Assembly: GCA_045639705.1 (NCBI GenBank) | Contig: JAZUDP010000156.1 | Location: 1-30,415 of the forward strand | Source of the DNA: Acutalibacteraceae bacterium | GTDB lineage: Bacteria > Bacillota > Clostridia > Oscillospirales > Acutalibacteraceae | Direction: 5' to 3' | Length of the DNA stretch: 30,415 bases | Shown: positions 1 to 7,746 of the stretch, piece after piece | How positions within the stretch are numbered: position 1 is the first letter of the stretch | How the letters are laid out: every line of letters begins with the position of its first letter | Position numbers and translations under genes: made by a program | The notes under the pieces: model-generated | Seen by the model: only the letters and a program-made list of their open reading frames with translations | The model's database searches: none | Told to the model about the DNA's origin: nothing

Positions 1-63
1 GTTAAAGCTTCGCTGATTCAGATAATCCTTACCATCTTCGGACTTGGCTGGCTCTGGAAATAA
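1..63 (+). CDS. 3' end of an upstream ORF (partial; hydrophobic tail VKASLIQIILTIFGLGWLWK*)
   Basis: Frame 1 is open from the window edge to TAA at 61-63 and is followed by a hairpin at 103-140. Twenty residues are too few to assign a function. Confidence 0.3.
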   Translation, partial: VKASLIQIILTIFGLGWLWK

Positions 64-102
64 TCAGACAAATTTCTTATCATTTTTCATTTCACATCTT
101 GG

Positions 103-140
103 GTATAACCTCTGCGGAAGCAATTCCGCAGGGGTTATAT
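103..140 (+). terminator. Stem-loop downstream of the partial ORF (TATAACCTCTGCGGAA-gcaa-TTCCGCAGGGGTTATA)
   Basis: A long near-perfect inverted repeat is seen directly. There is no clean U-tract, so terminator function is uncertain. Confidence 0.4.
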
Positions 141-312
141 CCGTTATATAGAATCTATAACATTTGCTTGTTCTGTTTTCCTCTCCCACCGACGCGGTAA
201 AAATTAACGCAGTTATCGAATTAAAAAATTGATATTAATCCATAAAAATCAAATTTTATTCAAATGCAATTTTCATACATGTTTATTTATCTGAAAAAAT
301 TATTCATTTTTT

Positions 313-342
313 TCAAACTATTTTTCATTCCGATGCGTCTTA
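313..342 (+). promoter_or_regulatory. ECF-type promoter motif, copy 1: TCAAAC-N17-CGTCTTA
   Basis: TCAAAC is at 313-318, a 17-nt spacer starts with TATTT and ends with TG, and CGTCTTA is at 336-342. A T-rich tract lies upstream. It is near-identical to the copies at 685-714 (+) and 13063-13092 (-). AAC (-35) and CGT (-10) are the hallmarks of ECF sigma promoters. Confidence 0.55.
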
Positions 343-684
343 TGTGTGTAAAGAGAGTAAATCTATGACTGCTCCTTTATAAAATAAAGCTGTGGGGTGT
401 TAATTATAAAAAACGAAGCAGATTTAATGGACAGGCTCATTCATACAGCATTGCTTGCAGCAGAAGAAAAACTTGCAAGTACCTAAATAACAAAAGAGCA
501 AACTGCTGAACATAATCAAGAAAGTTTATACAAAGAAATCGGGACAGCTTCGGAAACGGATAAGTACAAATCGATAAAAACGGGAAAAATTACAGAAAAG
601 CAAACAAATAATATCTGCGCTGTTTGCGGAAACAGTAAATTTATCCGTCTGTTCGTAAAATAATTGAAATTTTTTCAAAAAATT

Positions 685-714
685 TCAAACTATTTTACGT
701 TGAGATGCGTCTTA
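685..714 (+). promoter_or_regulatory. ECF-type promoter motif, copy 2: TCAAAC-N17-CGTCTTA, 185 nt upstream of the 899 ATG
   Basis: TCAAAC is at 685-690, a 17-nt spacer TATTTTACGTTGAGATG follows, and CGTCTTA is at 708-714. It shares TTTCAAACTATTTT and GATGCGTCTTA with copy 1. Confidence 0.6.
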
Positions 715-898
715 CTGGCAAAGGTGAAAAATACTTTCAATTTGAACATATGAGGAGTGAATTTAATGAAAACATAATTCGCAATATCCGGGTTTATCGT
801 TAGTTAAATAAAAACAGAGGATTTTTTATGAAAAAGGCATCAGCATTTATTATTAACACTTGATTTAAAAGAACAAAGTAAAAAACGGAGGAAAAATT

Positions 899-2632
899 AT
901 GAAAGCTATATTTAAAAAAGTTTTATCGTCAACTCTCGCTGCAGCAATGCTGTTCGGAACAGCTCAGCTCGGCGCAAACTCAGACTTCACCATCAAGGCA
1001 AGTGCCGAAGAAAACACTTCTTACACCTTTGATGAAGAAAGCGGAACTCTCACAATGTTAAATGATGTTTTGGATTGGGACAACGAAGAAGCTCTCGAAC
1101 TGATTGCAAAAGCCAAAACAGTTTACATCGGAAAGGATATTAAAAATACTGATGTTTTCTTTACCAACAATGTAACCGGATTCGAAATTGACCCTGAAAA
1201 CGAAAACTTCTGCATTTACGACAAGGCTCTGTACACAAGCGATAAATCAAGAATGGTTGCATATCCCTGCGGCAGCGACGATGTTGATATCGTTCTTCCG
1301 AAGGAATGCACGGAAATTTCAGAATACTGCTTCAAGGACTGGAAGCATTATTGTGAATTCGGAGAGAGTATTACAGGCCTCGCATTACCCGTAAGAAACG
1401 ATTATTCGCTGTATATAACGGATAAAAATCAGGCTGAAGCGTTGTCAGATTATTTAGTGGCTTCTATCATTTATCCGTTTTCAAATATTTATCTTGACAA
1501 AACGCAGACGGAAATTGACGAATGGCAATACGATGATTTTTCAGCTGTAGATTTTTACAGATCAGCTGCCGGTTATATGCTTATTACTTATTTAAGCCAC
1601 AGATATGACAGCGAAAAAATGGATATCATTGAAACAGAAAGCAGTACGCTGTTTGAATACGGTATGCCTTTCACAAAGGAAGAATGTGAAACCTACAAAG
1701 AATTACTGCAGAATATGGACTGCTGGGATTATACCGAGCCCACAGCCGATGAGTTTTACGAGAGATACAGCACCGATAATTTTGAAGAAGAGTTTAAGCT
1801 CTGGACAGATTGTCTTAAGCGTGCACATGACTATGCAACAGAAACTTTTGAAAACTATGATGTATTCAAACCGATTTCGGAATATAACGGCGGCATCTGC
1901 GGCGACAATGCAGAATGGAAATATGACAGCACAACAAATACACTTAAAATAAGCGGTTCAGGCTCTGTAAAGGATAATTATTCAGGCTGGGATCTGTTCA
2001 GAGATTCCATAACCTCTGTTGAATTCGGCAACGGCATAACCTCAATCGGTGCAAATGCTTTTGAAGGCTGCAGCAGCATTTCCGATGTATACATAGCTGC
2101 TGATAATTTATCACTCGGAGAAAATGCATTCGGCACAGCCAAGCCGAACTTTATTGCAAAAGACGGTACAACTGCCTGCCGTGCAATTGAAAATGCAGGA
2201 TACAATGTTATCAGATACAGCCTTGACCGTACATTTGCAGAGAAAAAGAAGAGCGAAGAAAAACCCGTTCTTGCATTCCTTGACGCTGTTGCTTCCGAGA
2301 ACGGATTGAATTGCAGATATTTCACAAAGCTCATTCTTGATAATCCCGAAGCAGCTTATGTGTATTTTGAAAGTGTTAACCTGAATGACTTAACCGGTGA
2401 CGGTATAGTTATTGATACTGAAAGCAAAACAGACTGCTGTGAGCAGATATACTTCCGTGTTGAAGCACAGGATACCGACGGAGACGGTCAGGCTGACACC
2501 GTTAAGCTTTCCGATGTGGAAGCAGAAAAAACTTTCGTCGAAAAGGTTAAAGGATTCTTTGAAAAAGTTGTTGAATTTTTCTCGAATGTCTTTAATTCAA
2601 TTGGCGGATTTTTCAAAAATCTCTTTAATTAA
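899..2632 (+). CDS. Secreted BspA-type leucine-rich-repeat (LRR_5-like) protein with an amphipathic C-terminal tail
   Basis: RBS GGAGGAAAAATT precedes the ATG. The N-terminal signal peptide is MKAIFKKVLSSTLAAAMLFGTAQLGA...KASA. The motif CGDNAEWKYDSTTNTLKISGSGS...ITSVEFGNGITSIGANAFEGCSSISDVYI is typical of BspA/LRR_5 surface proteins. The last ~32 aa (FVEKVKGFFEKVVEFFSNVFNSIGGFFKNLFN) are a strongly amphipathic Phe-rich helix. Confidence 0.8.
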   Translation: MKAIFKKVLSSTLAAAMLFGTAQLGANSDFTIKASAEENTSYTFDEESGTLTMLNDVLDWDNEEALELIAKAKTVYIGKDIKNTDVFFTNNVTGFEIDPENENFCIYDKALYTSDKSRMVAYPCGSDDVDIVLPKECTEISEYCFKDWKHYCEFGESITGLALPVRNDYSLYITDKNQAEALSDYLVASIIYPFSNIYLDKTQTEIDEWQYDDFSAVDFYRSAAGYMLITYLSHRYDSEKMDIIETESSTLFEYGMPFTKEECETYKELLQNMDCWDYTEPTADEFYERYSTDNFEEEFKLWTDCLKRAHDYATETFENYDVFKPISEYNGGICGDNAEWKYDSTTNTLKISGSGSVKDNYSGWDLFRDSITSVEFGNGITSIGANAFEGCSSISDVYIAADNLSLGENAFGTAKPNFIAKDGTTACRAIENAGYNVIRYSLDRTFAEKKKSEEKPVLAFLDAVASENGLNCRYFTKLILDNPEAAYVYFESVNLNDLTGDGIVIDTESKTDCCEQIYFRVEAQDTDGDGQADTVKLSDVEAEKTFVEKVKGFFEKVVEFFSNVFNSIGGFFKNLFN

Positions 2633-2640
2633 AACCAAGC

Positions 2641-2675
2641 AAAAAATCTCCCGATTTTTCGGGAGATTTCTTTTT
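2641..2675. terminator. Bidirectional rho-independent terminator between convergent genes
   Basis: AAAAAATCTCCCG-attttt-CGGGAGATTTCTTTTT has A-run and T-run flanks on both sides. It overlaps the stop codon of the minus-strand gene. Confidence 0.8.
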
Positions 2676-5600
2676 ATCCGAATTTCATTATTCTGAATAC
2701 CGACAGAATATAATTTAATAATTTTATAAGCGCTTCTGTCAGAATATCAATCAGAGCTTTTGGTGTTTCGGGAGACTCTGCGGCAAATTCAATACTCTGA
2801 TCAACAAGATTAAGATACTCATTATATACCGAACTCGTTGTCAAAGCTTCTTCATCGCCGCTGTTCTGTTCAATTTCAGAAAGAAGAACGCCTGCCTGCT
2901 GCAGAATAAACACATCCTCGTTGTTTATTTCTCCGTCACGGTTACAGTCCGCCGCCTTCCAGACAGCCTCGCTCACATCTTCGCGGGTCAGCATACCGCT
3001 TGCAATACACGATACTGTCATCGCGTCCGTTCCGTCATACCAGCCGTCACCGTTTACATCACCGAAAATAACTGCGGTGTAAATAACTGTATTATCATTG
3101 TTTTCCGATCTGTCAAGATTGTTTTTCACAGTGATAACCGAGCCGGTAACTGCCCTCTTTGTATTGCAGTAAGCACTGATACTGCCGCCGCTGTTATTTA
3201 CATAGCCGTCTATGCTGCTGCCGGGCTTAAAGCCGAAAATTAAACCGCAGCCGTCAGACCGTACAGAATTGCAGAACGGATTTTTGAAGTCTTCAAAATT
3301 TTCAAAATTATAAAATGAATGTTCCCCTATCGACGGATAAGCTTTACTGTCGCTGTCAAAATAAAACGTGTACCATTTGTCATTTCCCGTATTACATGGG
3401 CAGTTACAGAAAGCATAATCGCCGATTTCCTTTATTTTATAGTTATAATCTGCGTCTTCATCATATTCAAATTCAACAGTTTTTAAATTCACACAGTTTT
3501 TGAACGCAGACCGTCCAATTTCCGTTACCGTATTCGGAATGATTACAGCGGTTAATCCCGTACAGCCGTAAAAAGCATAATCGCCGATTTTTTCAAGTCT
3601 GTCTGCTTTGGAAAAATCTATTTTGTTAATGCCCGTACACTCTCTGAATGCGTCGCTTCCGATTTCTTCAACACCTTCGGGAATAATAAACGTACCTCTT
3701 ACATTCGCCGAAACGCTTTTCAGAACCGTCTTTTTAGAGTCGCCGAACAGAATGTCGGTACTGCTTCCGCCAAAATCAAATCCTGCGACACATGAGGCAA
3801 ACGGATTTCTGTTGCCGTATTTTACATTTCCGCCGATATTGATTTTCTGAAGCCTTCTGCATCTGTAAAATGCAAGGTCGGAAACATAAGCGTTATCTAC
3901 TATTGTATATTCCGTGCCGTCCTTCATTGCGGGATACTGAATAATTGTATTTCCGTCTGCCGATGCAAGAACGCCGTCAATATCGCAATATTCGGAATTG
4001 CCGTTTTCAACATTAAAGCTTTTCAGTCCCGTACAGCCGTAAAATGCGAGATGACCGATTTCGTTTACACCCACAGGTATTGTAATTTCACCAAGCGATA
4101 TGCAGTCCGCAAAAGCATTGTCGCCGATTTCGGTTATATTGCCGTTCAGCGCAACCGATTTCAGATTCATACAGCCGCTAAATGTATTTTTATCAATAAT
4201 CCTTACGCTGTCGGGAACAGTAATGCTTTCGAGACTTGTACAGCCCGAAAAGGCTCCCGCGGCTATCTGCATGGTTCCGTCTCTGATTGTAAATGCACTT
4301 ACATCGGGTGCGACGGAAATAAGCACGGAATCAATATATAATGTTGTTTTTACCTCAGCCTCAACCTCAGTCTCTTCATCCGTTTTTGAATCATCTGTAA
4401 AGAGATTTTCTCCCACATATTTAAGGCTTTTCGGAAGATTTATTGAATTCTTTACAGAAGCCGAGCAGCCGCTGAACGCATTGCTGCCGAGGAAGCTGAG
4501 TCTGCTGTTTTCTCCGCAGCTAAAGCCTGTCAGAGCCGTACATTTTTCAAAAGCTCTGTCTGCAATGCCCCTGACATCATCATCAAGACTGTATTTTCCT
4601 CGGAGCTTTGTTTTTGAAGAAACGATATAGCCGCCTATAATCAATACGTTAGAAACCCATTCGCCCGCATTTTTATAATTACCCGAATTGAAGAACGCCT
4701 TTGCACCGATGCTTTTCAGACTTACTGTTCCGGGAATCTCAACAAAAACATTTATGCAGTTTACAAAAGCATTTTCGCATATGTGAGTTATACTGTCCGG
4801 CACAACATATTCCCCTGCAGAATTTCTGTTGCAGAACAGTATTCCCGTACCGTTTTCATTCAGAGACATATCGTTATCCGAAACTGACGCGGTGAAAAGA
4901 ACATTATTTTCAATCGGTATTGTATATACAACACCGAAGTCGTCTGTATTATCGGGAGCAATTACATACTGTAGATTGTCACAGCCGGAAACAGCCGTGT
5001 CTGCAAAATAAACTGAGCTTGAAAAGTTTATTGTCGTTACATTCTCACAGTTAAGGAAGCAGTTTTCTCCGACTTCTTCAACCGTGTCGGGGATTATAAC
5101 CGTTCCCTCTGCATCCGGAGTACATCCCAGAAGCAATTCCTTGCTCGAATCATAATAATACAGACCGTCTTCAACATATGCATCAACAGCCTTAGCCCCC
5201 CACGGCGAGCCCTGCCGATGCATAACATTATTGTACCAGTTATCCGAATAGGTGATATTATTAACAAAGCGGAATGCGTCTTTGCCTATATCGGTAACGC
5301 TGTTCGGGATTGTGATACTCTGTAAAAGCTGGCATAAGTAAAACGCATTCTCGCCTATACTGACAACACCGTCCGGGATGGAAATCGCTGCTAATTTTTT
5401 GCATGCCCAGAAGGACTGCGTTCCTATACTTGTGACGCTGTCCGGGATTGTGACACTTTTCAAATGGCTACAGCAAAAAAACATTCTATCGGGAATATAT
5501 GTAATACCTTGCGGAATTACAAAATCCGTAAGATTTTCACACCTTGCAATTGCACTGTCACCGATATATGCAACGCTGTCAGGGAAAGTAATACTTTCAA

Positions 5601-7725
5601 TGTTTGTACAGTATGAAAATGCACCGTTACCTATATATGTCACAGTCTCGGGTATAGTGATATCCGTCAGCCCCGAGCACGCACCAAATGCACATTCGCC
5701 TATATATGTAACGCTGTCGGGAATTGTAATATCGGTTAAGGATTTACATCCTTCAAACACACGGTCGCTGATGCTTACAATACCGTCGGGTATGTTTACG
5801 TTTTTTAAATTTGAGCAGTAGTAAAACGCCTGATTTTCAATATTCTCAATACTGTCGGGAATGTTTATATCTGTCAATGCACTGCAATCACAAAATGCAC
5901 GGCGGCCGATATTAACAACACCCTCGGAAATAACCACCTCCGTCAGACTTGAACAGCGTGAAAAAGCATCCTTACTGATATCCCTTACACCTTTGGGAAC
6001 AGTTACTGTTCCTGTTAAGCTCACACAGCTTTCAAAAGCACTCTGACCGATATATGTAACACTGTCAGGAATAGAGATTTTTATCAGACTTTTGCAGACA
6101 GAAAATGCGTTATCGCCTATATATTTCAGATTTTTCGGCATGACGATATCCGTCATAGCTGAGCAAAAATAAAAGGCATTCTCTTCAATATCTGTCACGC
6201 TATCCGGTAAAACTATACTTAGCAGGTCCTCACAGTAATAAAATGCATTTTCCCCTATGCTTTTAACTCCGTACGGAATTACTGTATTTTTAATTCCCGC
6301 AACCAGTTTATCCGAAGATGTTTCTATAATTCCGCTGCAGTTTTCACGGCTGTCATATTTCGCGTTGTTTTCATCGACCGTAATACTTGTTAAGAACGAG
6401 CAATTAGTGAATGCGCTGCCGTCTATATTCGCAACATTTTTCGGAATGTTTATGCTTGTCAGACCTGTACAATAAGCAAACGCCCGTTCGCCAATACTTA
6501 CCACACTGTCAGGAATAATAATGCTTGTCAGTTTTTCGCAGTGTTCAAGTGCCCGGAGCCCGATGTTTGTCACACCGTCGGGAATAACAATATCCGTTAA
6601 GTTCTCGCAAGAGTAAAATGTGAAAGGCTCTATGCTTGTAAGTCCGGCAGGCATTGTGATATCTGTTAAGCTTATGCAGTAATAAAATGCCTCCCAACCG
6701 ACAGAAGTCACGCTGTCCGGAATATCTGCGCTTATCAGAGCTGTACAGCAATAAAAGGCTTTGTCTCCGATAGAGGTAACGCCGTCGGGAATGTTTGCAC
6801 TTATCAATCCGGTACAATTACAGAAGGCTTGGGCTTCGATAGAGGTAACACCGTCGGGAATAACAATATGCTTTAATCCCGAACAGCCGTAAAATGCACG
6901 GTAGCTTATTCTTGTTACACCGTCGGGAATACTTATATCGGTCAGACCTGTACAGTTTTCAAATGCATTTGTACCGATATATGTTACATTGCGGGAAATC
7001 GTTACACCTGTTAAACGATTACAGCCAGAAAATGCAGAGTTTCCTATTTTTGTAACGCTGTCAGGGATTACGATGTCTGTAAGGCCTGTGCATTTAAAAA
7101 ACGCATTGTCCTCTATACTTTTAACGCCATTTGAAATTGTTATTTCTTTCAGACCGGTGCATTGGGAAAATGCGTAGCTTCCGATGCTTGTAACCAGGCC
7201 CGGAATCGTTATGTCTGTTAAACCGCTGCAGTTGGAAAATGCAGAGCCTCCGATGCTTGTAACCCCTTCGGGAATCGTTACACCTGTTAAACGTTTGCAA
7301 CCGGAAAAGGCAACGTTTTCTATTTTTGTAACACTGTCAGGAATCGTTATGTCTGTCAGGTTCGTGCAATTATAAAAAATATATCTTCCTATACTTGTAA
7401 CACCGTAATTAATTATAACTTTTTCTATTGACACATTATTATAAAACGGCGTTGAAGAAGAGCTGAAGCTTGTCATACTGCCTGTACCGCTGATTGTGAG
7501 AGTACCTGTGGCTTCATCCAACTCCCAGTAAACGTTATCTCCACACTGTCCGCTTGCGGCAAGTGCAGATGCCGAAAAACTTAACCGGACACTGTCAAAC
7601 CAATCTGCTATTTTTTTTAATGCACCCGAAAGATTTATATCTGTCAGTCCCTCCAGCGGTGCTGCACCGAAAAGCATGACAACGCACAGCAATATTGAAA
7701 TACTGTTTTTTATAATCTTTTTCAT
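2674..7725 (-). CDS. Giant (1683 aa) secreted BspA-type LRR protein with a near-C-terminal type-I dockerin and an extra amphipathic tail
   Basis: RBS GGAGGGAAAAAGCA precedes the ATG. The signal peptide is MKKIIKNSISILLCVVMLFGAAP. There are dozens of ~23-aa IPDSVTSIG..AF..C..L..I units (LRR_5-like). Dockerin duplicated Ca-loops are GDVNGDGWYDGTDAMTV and DCNRDGEINNEDVFILQQ. Confidence 0.9.
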   Translation of the reverse strand: MKKIIKNSISILLCVVMLFGAAPLEGLTDINLSGALKKIADWFDSVRLSFSASALAASGQCGDNVYWELDEATGTLTISGTGSMTSFSSSSTPFYNNVSIEKVIINYGVTSIGRYIFYNCTNLTDITIPDSVTKIENVAFSGCKRLTGVTIPEGVTSIGGSAFSNCSGLTDITIPGLVTSIGSYAFSQCTGLKEITISNGVKSIEDNAFFKCTGLTDIVIPDSVTKIGNSAFSGCNRLTGVTISRNVTYIGTNAFENCTGLTDISIPDGVTRISYRAFYGCSGLKHIVIPDGVTSIEAQAFCNCTGLISANIPDGVTSIGDKAFYCCTALISADIPDSVTSVGWEAFYYCISLTDITMPAGLTSIEPFTFYSCENLTDIVIPDGVTNIGLRALEHCEKLTSIIIPDSVVSIGERAFAYCTGLTSINIPKNVANIDGSAFTNCSFLTSITVDENNAKYDSRENCSGIIETSSDKLVAGIKNTVIPYGVKSIGENAFYYCEDLLSIVLPDSVTDIEENAFYFCSAMTDIVMPKNLKYIGDNAFSVCKSLIKISIPDSVTYIGQSAFESCVSLTGTVTVPKGVRDISKDAFSRCSSLTEVVISEGVVNIGRRAFCDCSALTDINIPDSIENIENQAFYYCSNLKNVNIPDGIVSISDRVFEGCKSLTDITIPDSVTYIGECAFGACSGLTDITIPETVTYIGNGAFSYCTNIESITFPDSVAYIGDSAIARCENLTDFVIPQGITYIPDRMFFCCSHLKSVTIPDSVTSIGTQSFWACKKLAAISIPDGVVSIGENAFYLCQLLQSITIPNSVTDIGKDAFRFVNNITYSDNWYNNVMHRQGSPWGAKAVDAYVEDGLYYYDSSKELLLGCTPDAEGTVIIPDTVEEVGENCFLNCENVTTINFSSSVYFADTAVSGCDNLQYVIAPDNTDDFGVVYTIPIENNVLFTASVSDNDMSLNENGTGILFCNRNSAGEYVVPDSITHICENAFVNCINVFVEIPGTVSLKSIGAKAFFNSGNYKNAGEWVSNVLIIGGYIVSSKTKLRGKYSLDDDVRGIADRAFEKCTALTGFSCGENSRLSFLGSNAFSGCSASVKNSINLPKSLKYVGENLFTDDSKTDEETEVEAEVKTTLYIDSVLISVAPDVSAFTIRDGTMQIAAGAFSGCTSLESITVPDSVRIIDKNTFSGCMNLKSVALNGNITEIGDNAFADCISLGEITIPVGVNEIGHLAFYGCTGLKSFNVENGNSEYCDIDGVLASADGNTIIQYPAMKDGTEYTIVDNAYVSDLAFYRCRRLQKINIGGNVKYGNRNPFASCVAGFDFGGSSTDILFGDSKKTVLKSVSANVRGTFIIPEGVEEIGSDAFRECTGINKIDFSKADRLEKIGDYAFYGCTGLTAVIIPNTVTEIGRSAFKNCVNLKTVEFEYDEDADYNYKIKEIGDYAFCNCPCNTGNDKWYTFYFDSDSKAYPSIGEHSFYNFENFEDFKNPFCNSVRSDGCGLIFGFKPGSSIDGYVNNSGGSISAYCNTKRAVTGSVITVKNNLDRSENNDNTVIYTAVIFGDVNGDGWYDGTDAMTVSCIASGMLTREDVSEAVWKAADCNRDGEINNEDVFILQQAGVLLSEIEQNSGDEEALTTSSVYNEYLNLVDQSIEFAAESPETPKALIDILTEALIKLLNYILSVFRIMKFG
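2881..3063 (-). other. Dockerin (type I-like) module within the giant LRR protein
   Basis: Two EF-hand-like 12-residue loops, each followed by a helix (DVNGDGWYDGTD..., DCNRDGEINNED...), match the canonical dockerin duplicated-segment pattern. The module sits about 68 aa before the C-terminus. Confidence 0.75.
5265..7419 (-). repeat. Densest in-frame array of ~69-bp LRR_5 coding repeats inside the giant gene
   Basis: The I/V-P-D/E-x-V-T-x-I-G-x-x-A-F-x-x-C-x-x-L unit recurs periodically. The periodicity also creates the spurious antisense ORFs with repeated VTLSGIV. Boundaries are approximate. Confidence 0.7.
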
Positions 7726-7746
7726 TGCTTTTTCCCTCCGTGAAAT

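Noticed and set aside
828-863. 11-codon uORF MKKASAFIINT with an RBS-like sequence in the leader of the 899 gene, plus other tiny ORFs (e.g. 13200..13244)
   Set aside because: They are too short to support as genes. The uORF could be a signal-peptide-like remnant or leader peptide, but nothing distinguishes it from chance.
3315-7375. Many plus-strand ORFs (e.g. 4100..4630, 5378..5821, 6989..7177, 7184..7375) with periodic VTLSGIV / PSGIV peptides
   Set aside because: They lie antisense to the 1683-aa LRR gene. Their periodicity mirrors the LRR coding repeat. They have no RBSs or recognisable domains, and the minus-strand frame has strong family signatures.
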